In this document: positions 57,213-64,000 of the stretch, one piece after another
How the letters are laid out: each line of letters starts with the position of its first letter
Position numbering within the stretch: position 1 is the first letter of the stretch
Source: Auanema rhodensis
Lineage: Eukaryota; Animalia; Nematoda
Direction of reading: 5' to 3'
Length of the DNA stretch: 64,000 nucleotides
Assembly: GCA_964057225.1 (NCBI GenBank)
Contig: OZ059896.1
Location: 2,170,001-2,234,000 of the forward strand
Translations under genes and position numbers: made by a program
Notes under the pieces: model-generated
What the model was told of the DNA's origin: nothing
What the model saw: only the letters and a program-made list of their open reading frames with translations
Database searches by the model: none

Positions 57213-59318
57213 ATATCAACTGATATAGGTTCACACTTATATCCTCGATTTTCACCGTGAAGAATTAATTTTTTTGTTGAATAACAATGTCCATCGTCTT
57301 TGTCTTGAAAAAAGGAATCTAAAAACATCTACTTTTTGTGAAATTATTTTGAAATTTTTCGGGAAAATTTTTGTCAAAATGTTTTTGGAAGCATTGTTGA
57401 GTGTACATGGAAACTCAACATACACTAATGCATCATTTTTCAAACGATCATAACTAATTTTTGTATTGAGTGTTTCCCAATGTAGTATAGTGCATTCGAT
57501 GTGGATTTTTAAGCTGCGTCGATCTGTGTTATCAGATTTGCGCTAGCTTAAAAATGCACCGAGATATCAACTGATATAAGTTCACACTTATATCCTCGAT
57601 TTTCACCCTGAAGAATTAATTTTTTTGTTGAATAACAATGTCCATCGTCTTTGTCTTGAAAAAAGGAATCTAAAAACATCTACTTTTTGTGAAATTATTT
57701 TGAAATTTTTCGGGAAAATTTTTGTCAAAATGTTTTTGGAAGCAATGTTGAGTGTACATGGAAACTCAACATACACTAATGCATCATTTTTCAAACGATC
57801 ATAACTAATTTTTGTATTGAGTGTTTCCCAATGTAGTATAGTGCATTCGATGCGGATTTTTAAGCTGCGTCGATCTGTGTTATCAGATTTGCGCTAGCTT
57901 AAAAATGCACCGAGATATTAACTGATATAAGTTCACACTTATATCCTCGATTTTCACCCTGAAGAATTAATTTTTTTGTTGAATGACAATGTCCATCGTC
58001 TTTGTCTTGAAAAAAGGAATCTAAAAACATCTACTTTTTGTAAATTTATTCTGAAATTTTTCGGGAAAATGTTTGTCAAAATGTTTTTGGAAACAATGTT
58101 GAGTGTACATGGAAACTCAACATACACTAATGCATCATTTTTCAAACAATCATAACTAATTTTTGTATTGAGCGTTTCTTAATGTAGTATAGTACATTCG
58201 ATGCGGATTTTTAAGCTGCGTCGATCTGTGTTATCAGATTTGCGCTAGCTTAAAAATGAACCGAGATATCAACTGATATAGGTTCACACTTATATCCTCG
58301 ATTTTCACCGTGAAGAATTAATTTTTTTGTTGAATAACAATGTCCATCGTCTTTGTCTTGAAAAAAGGAATCTAAAAACATCTACTTTTTGTGAAATTAT
58401 TTTGAAATTTTTCGGGAAAATTTTTGTCAAAATGTTTTTGGAAGCATTGTTGAGTGTACATGGAAACTCAACATACACTAATGCATCATTTTTCAAACGA
58501 TCATAACTAATTTTTGTATTGAGTGTTTCCCAATGTAGTATAGTGCATTCGATGTGGATTTTTAAGCTGCGTCGATCTGTGTTATCAGATTTGCGCTAGC
58601 TTAAAAATGCACCGAGATATCAACTGATATAAGTTCACACTTATATCCTCGATTTTCACCCTGAAGAATTAATTTTTTTGTTGAATAACAATGTCCATCG
58701 TCTTTGTCTTGAAAAAAGGAATCTAAAAACATCTACTTTTTGTGAAATTATTTTGAAATTTTTCGGGAAGATTTTTGTCAAAATGTTTTTGGAAGCAATG
58801 TTGAGTGTACATGGAAACTCAACATACACTAATGCATCATTTTTCAAACGATCATAACTAATTTTTGTATTGAGTGTTTCCCAATGTAGTATAGTGCATT
58901 CGATGCGGATTTTTAAGCTGCGTCGATCTGTGTTATCAGATTTGCGCTAGCTTAAAAATGCACCGAGATATTAACTGATATAAGTTCACACTTATATCCT
59001 CGATTTTCACCCTGAAGAATTAATTTTTTTGTTGAATGACAATGTCCATCGTCTTTGTCTTGAAAAAAGGAATCTAAAAACATCTACTTTTTGTAAATTT
59101 ATTCTGAAATTTTTCGGGAAAATGTTTGTCAAAATGTTTTTGGAAACAATGTTGAGTGTACATGGAAACTCAACATACACTAATGCATCATTTTTCAAAC
59201 AATCATAACTAATTTTTGTATTGAGCGTTTCTTAATGTAGTATAGTACATTCGATGCGGATTTTTAAGCTGCGTCGATCTGTGTTATCAGATTTGCGCTA
59301 GCTTAAAAATGAACCGAG
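57213..59318. repeat. 3-mer repeated twice (copies 164-169)
   Basis: Haplotype order N-G-V, N-G-V is visible in both the sequence and the ORF track. Confidence 0.8.
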
Positions 59319-62300
59319 ATATCAACTGATATAGGTTCACACTTATATCCTCGATTTTCACCCTGAAGATACAATTTTTTCGTTGAATAACATTGTCCAT
59401 CGTCTTTGTCTTGAAAAAAGGAATCTAAAAACATCTACTTTTTGTGAAATTATTTTGAAATTTTTCGGGAAAATTTTTGTCAAAATGTTTTTGGAAGCAT
59501 TGTTGAGTGTACATGGAAACTCAACATACACTAATGCATCATTTTTCAAACGATCATAACTAATTTTTGTATTGAGCGTTTCTTAATGTAGTATAGTGCA
59601 TTCGATGCGGATTTTTAAGCTGCGTCGATCTGTGTTATCAGATTTGCGCTAGCTTAAAAATGAACCGAGATATCAACTGATATAGGTTCACACTTATATC
59701 CTCGATTTTCACCGTGAAGATTTAATTTTTTCGTTGAATAACATTGTCCATCGTCTTTGTCTTGAAAAAAGGAATCTAAAAACATCTACTTTTTGTGAAA
59801 TTATTTTGAAATTTTTCGGGAAAATTTTTGTCAAAATGTTTTTGGAAGCATTGTTGAGTGTACATGGAAACTCAACATACACTAATGCATCATTTTTCAA
59901 ACGATCATAACTAACTTTTGTATTGAGTGTTTCCCAATGTAGTATAGTGCATTCGATGTGGATTTTTAAGCTGCGTCGATCTGTGTTATCAGATTTGCGC
60001 TAGCTTAAAAATGCACCGAGATATCAACTGATATAAGTTCACACTTATATCCTCGATTTTCACCCTGAAGAATTAATTTTTTTGTTGAATAACAATGTCC
60101 ATCGTCTTTGTCTTGAAAAAAGGAATCTAAAAACATCTACTTTTTGTGAAATTATTTTGAAATTTTTCGGGAAAATTTTTGTCAAAATGTTTTTGGAAGC
60201 AATGTTGAGTGTACATGGAAACTCAACATACACTAATGCATCATTTTTCAAACGATCATAACTAATTTTTGTATTGAGTGTTTCCCAATGTAGTATAGTG
60301 CATTCGATGCGGATTTTTAAGCTGCGTCGATCTGTGTTATCAGATTTGCGCTAGCTTAAAAATGAACCGAGATATCAACTGATATAGGTTCACACTTATA
60401 TCCTCGATTTTCACCCTGAAGATTTAATTTTTTCGTTGAATAACATTGTCCATCGTCTTTGTCTTGAAAAAAGGAATCTAAGAACATCTACTTTTTGTGA
60501 AATTATTTTGAAATTTTTCGGGAAAATTTTTGTCAAAATGTTTTTGGAAGCATTGTTGAGTGTACATGGAAACTCAACATACACTAATGCATCATTTTTC
60601 AAACGATCATAACTAATTTTTGTATTGAGCGTTTCTCCATGTAGTATAGTGCATTCGATGCGGATTTTTAAGCTGCGTCGATCTGTGTTATCAGATTTGC
60701 GCTAGCTTGAAAATGCACCGAGATATCAACTGATATAGGTTCACACTTATATCCTCGATTTTCACCGTGAAGAATTAATTTTTTTGTTGAATAACAATGT
60801 CCATCGTCTTTGTCTTGAAAAAAGGAATCTAAAAACATCTACTTTTTGTGAAATTATTTTGAAATTTTTCGGGAAAATTTTTGTCAAAATGTTTTTGGAA
60901 GCATTGTTGAGTGTACATGGAAACTCAACATACACTAATGCATCATTTTTCAAACGATCATAACTAATTTTTGTATTGAGTGTTTCCCAATGTAGTATAG
61001 TGCATTCGATGTGGATTTTTAAGCTGCGTCGATCTGTGTTATCAGATTTGCGCTAGCTTAAAAATGCACCGAGATATCAACTGATATAAGTTCACACTTA
61101 TATCCTCGATTTTCACCCTGAAGAATTAATTTTTTTGTTGAATAACAATGTCCATCGTCTTTGTCTTGAAAAAAGGAATCTAAAAACATCTACTTTTTGT
61201 GAAATTATTCTGAAATTTTTCGGGAAAATTTTTGTCAAAATGTTTTTGGAAGCAATGTTGAGTGTACATGGAAACTCAACATACACTAATGCATCATTTT
61301 TCAAACGATCATAACTAATTTTTGTATTGAGTGTTTTCCAATGTAGTATAGTGCATTCGATGTGGATTTTTAAGCTGCGTCGATCTGTGTTATCAGATTT
61401 GCGCTAGCTTAAAAATGCACCGAGATATCAACTGATATAAGTTCACACTTATATCCTCGATTTTCACCCTGAAGAATTAATTTTTTTGTTGAATAACAAT
61501 GTCCATCGTCTTTGTCTTGAAAAAAGGAATCTAAAAACATCTACTTTTTGTGAAATTATTTTGAAATTTTTCGGGAAAATTTTTGTCAAAATGTTTTTGG
61601 AAGCAATGTTGAGTGTACATGGAAACTCAACATACACTAATGCATCATTTTTCAAACGATCATAACTAATTTTTGTATTGAGTGTTTCCCAATGTAGTAT
61701 AGTGCATTCGATGTGGATTTTTAAGCTGCGTCGATCTGTGTTATCAGATTTGCGCTAGCTTAAAAATGCACCGAGATATCAACTGATATAAGTTCACACT
61801 TATATCCTCGATTTTCACCCTGAAGAATTAATTTTTTTGTTGAATAACAATGTCCATCGTCTTTGTCTTGAAAAAAGGAATCTAAAAACATCTACTTTTT
61901 GTGAAATTATTTTGAAATTTTTCGGGAAAATTTTTGTCAAAATGTTTTTGGAAGCAATGTTGAGTGTACATGGAAACTCAACATACACTAATGCATCATT
62001 TTTCAAACGATCATAACTAATTTTTGTATTGAGTGTTTCCCAATGTAGTATAGTGCATTCGATGCGGATTTTTAAGCTGCGTCGATCTGTGTTATCAGAT
62101 TTGCGCTAGCTTAAAAATGCACCGAGATATTAACTGATATAAGTTCACACTTATATCCTCGATTTTCACCCTGAAGAATTAATTTTTTTGTTGAATGACA
62201 ATGTCCATCGTCTTTGTCTTGAAAAAAGGAATCTAAAAACATCTACTTTTTGTAAATTTATTCTGAAATTTTTCGGGAAAATTTTTGTCAAAATGTTTTT

Positions 62301-64000
62301 GGAAGCATTGTTGAGTGTACATGGAAACTCAACATACACTAATGCATCATTTTTCAAACGATCATAACTAACTTTTGTATTGAGTGTTTCCCAATGTAGT
62401 ATAGTGCATTCGATGTGGATTTTTAAGCTGCGTCGATCTGTGTTATCAGATTTGCGCTAGCTTAAAAATGCACCGAGATATCAACTGATATAAGTTCACA
62501 CTTATATCCTCGATTTTCACCCTGAAGAATTAATTTTTTTGTTGAATAACAATGTCCATCGTCTTTGTCTTGAAAAAAGGAATCTAAAAACATCTACTTT
62601 TTGTGAAATTATTTTGAAATTTTTCGGGAAAATTTTTGTCAAAATGTTTTTGGAAGCAATGTTGAGTGTACATGGAAACTCAACATACACTAATGCATCA
62701 TTTTTCAAACGATCATAACTAATTTTTGCATTGAGTGTTTCCCAATGTAGTATAGTGCATTCGATGCGGATTTTTAAGCTGCGTCGATCTGTGTTATCAG
62801 ATTTGCGCTAGCTTAAAAATGAACCGAGATATCAACTGATATAGGTTCACACTTATATCCTCGATTTTCACCCTGAAGATTTAATTTTTTCGTTGAATAA
62901 CATTGTCCATCGTCTTTGTCTTGAAAAAAGGAATCTAAGAACATCTACTTTTTGTGAAATTATTTTGAAATTTTTCGGGAAAATTTTTGTCAAAATGTTT
63001 TTGGAAGCATTGTTGAGTGTACATGGAAACTCAACATACACTAATGCATCATTTTTCAAACGATCATAACTAATTTTTGTATTGAGCGTTTCTCCATGTA
63101 GTATAGTGCATTCGATGCGGATTTTTAAGCTGCGTCGATCTGTGTTATCAGATTTGCGCTAGCTTGAAAATGCACCGAGATATCAACTGATATAGGTTCA
63201 CACTTATATCCTCGATTTTCACCGTGAAGAATTAATTTTTTTGTTGAATAACAATGTCCATCGTCTTTGTCTTGAAAAAAGGAATCTAAAAACATCTACT
63301 TTTTGTGAAATTATTTTGAAATTTTTCGGGAAAATTTTTGTCAAAATGTTTTTGGAAGCATTGTTGAGTGTACATGGAAACTCAACATACACTAATGCAT
63401 CATTTTTCAAACGATCATAACTAATTTTTGTATTGAGTGTTTCCCAATGTAGTATAGTGCATTCGATGTGGATTTTTAAGCTGCGTCGATCTGTGTTATC
63501 AGATTTGCGCTAGCTTAAAAATGCACCGAGATATCAACTGATATAAGTTCACACTTATATCCTCGATTTTCACCCTGAAGAATTAATTTTTTTGTTGAAT
63601 AACAATGTCCATCGTCTTTGTCTTGAAAAAAGGAATCTAAAAACATCTACTTTTTGTGAAATTATTTTGAAATTTTTCGGGAAAATTTTTGTCAAAATGT
63701 TTTTGGAAGCAATGTTGAGTGTACATGGAAACTCAACATACACTAATGCATCATTTTTCAAACGATCATAACTAATTTTTGTATTGAGTGTTTTCCAATG
63801 TAGTATAGTGCATTCGATGTGGATTTTTAAGCTGCGTCGATCTGTGTTATCAGATTTGCGCTAGCTTAAAAATGCACCGAGATATCAACTGATATAAGTT
63901 CACACTTATATCCTCGATTTTCACCCTGAAGAATTAATTTTTTTGTTGAATAACAATGTCCATCGTCTTTGTCTTGAAAAAAGGAATCTAAAAACATCTA

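Larger units (their letters stand above)
1..64000. repeat. Tandem satellite DNA array, 351-bp monomer, 182 full copies plus a partial copy, single orientation; extends beyond both window ends
   Basis: The start motif ATATCAACTGATATA(G/A)GTTCACACTTATATCCTCG recurs every 351 bp (1, 352, 703 ... 63882). The ORF track is spaced exactly 351 bp apart except for one 350-bp step near 24.3 kb. No non-repeat sequence seen. Confidence 0.99.

Noticed and set aside
40-63761. About 176 copies of a 63-aa minus-strand ORF (MKNDALVYVEF...) as a tandem gene family
   Set aside because: The start codon is TTG, not ATG. I recognise no domain, and the K/F/I/N-rich composition mirrors the A/T tracts. Most variants are non-synonymous, and nonsense (4 copies), start-loss (2), frameshift (1) and stop-loss (1) alleles occur, with the nonsense and start-loss alleles amplified by duplication. 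Recurrence simply follows the repeat. Ribo-seq or proteomics would be needed to revive it.
1-64000. CRISPR array, integron cassette array or other prokaryotic repeat system
   Set aside because: There are no unique spacers or cassettes, the entire 351-bp unit is repeated, and no cas, integrase or other genes are present.
1-64000. Purely artefactual (collapsed or concatemeric) sequence
   Set aside because: Structured haplotypes with private, hierarchically shared SNPs argue for a real array, although individual block copy numbers still need read support.

Overview
The whole 64-kb window is one uninterrupted head-to-tail satellite DNA array: 182 complete copies plus a 119-bp partial copy of a 351-bp AT-rich monomer (about 33% GC by hand count of copy 1), all in the same orientation. 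Copies differ at only a few percent of positions, and there is one 1-bp indel (about 24283). I see no supportable genes, RNA genes, transposon insertions or CRISPR array. The repeated 63-aa ORF has a TTG start and is best read as a by-product of the repeat. The structure is typical of eukaryotic centromeric or pericentromeric satellite DNA; I cannot assign the organism or a named family from sequence alone. Points of interest: (1) the monomer contains a nearly invariant 51-bp imperfect palindrome, smaller dyads, about 12-bp AnTn subrepeats, and traces of an ancient 189+162-bp dimer; (2) diagnostic SNP haplotypes define a patchwork of local higher-order repeats (2- to 9-mers) and a 12-monomer block duplicated 18 monomers away; (3) there is a subfamily boundary near 26.3 kb and an island of right-domain sequence at about 5-7 kb; (4) CpG transitions appear enriched among variants although CpG is not depleted. 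I found no evidence for a novel protein-coding system. Numbering: copy n starts at 1+351(n-1) for n<=70 and at 351(n-1) for n>=71; 'pos' means position within the monomer as phased in copy 1.
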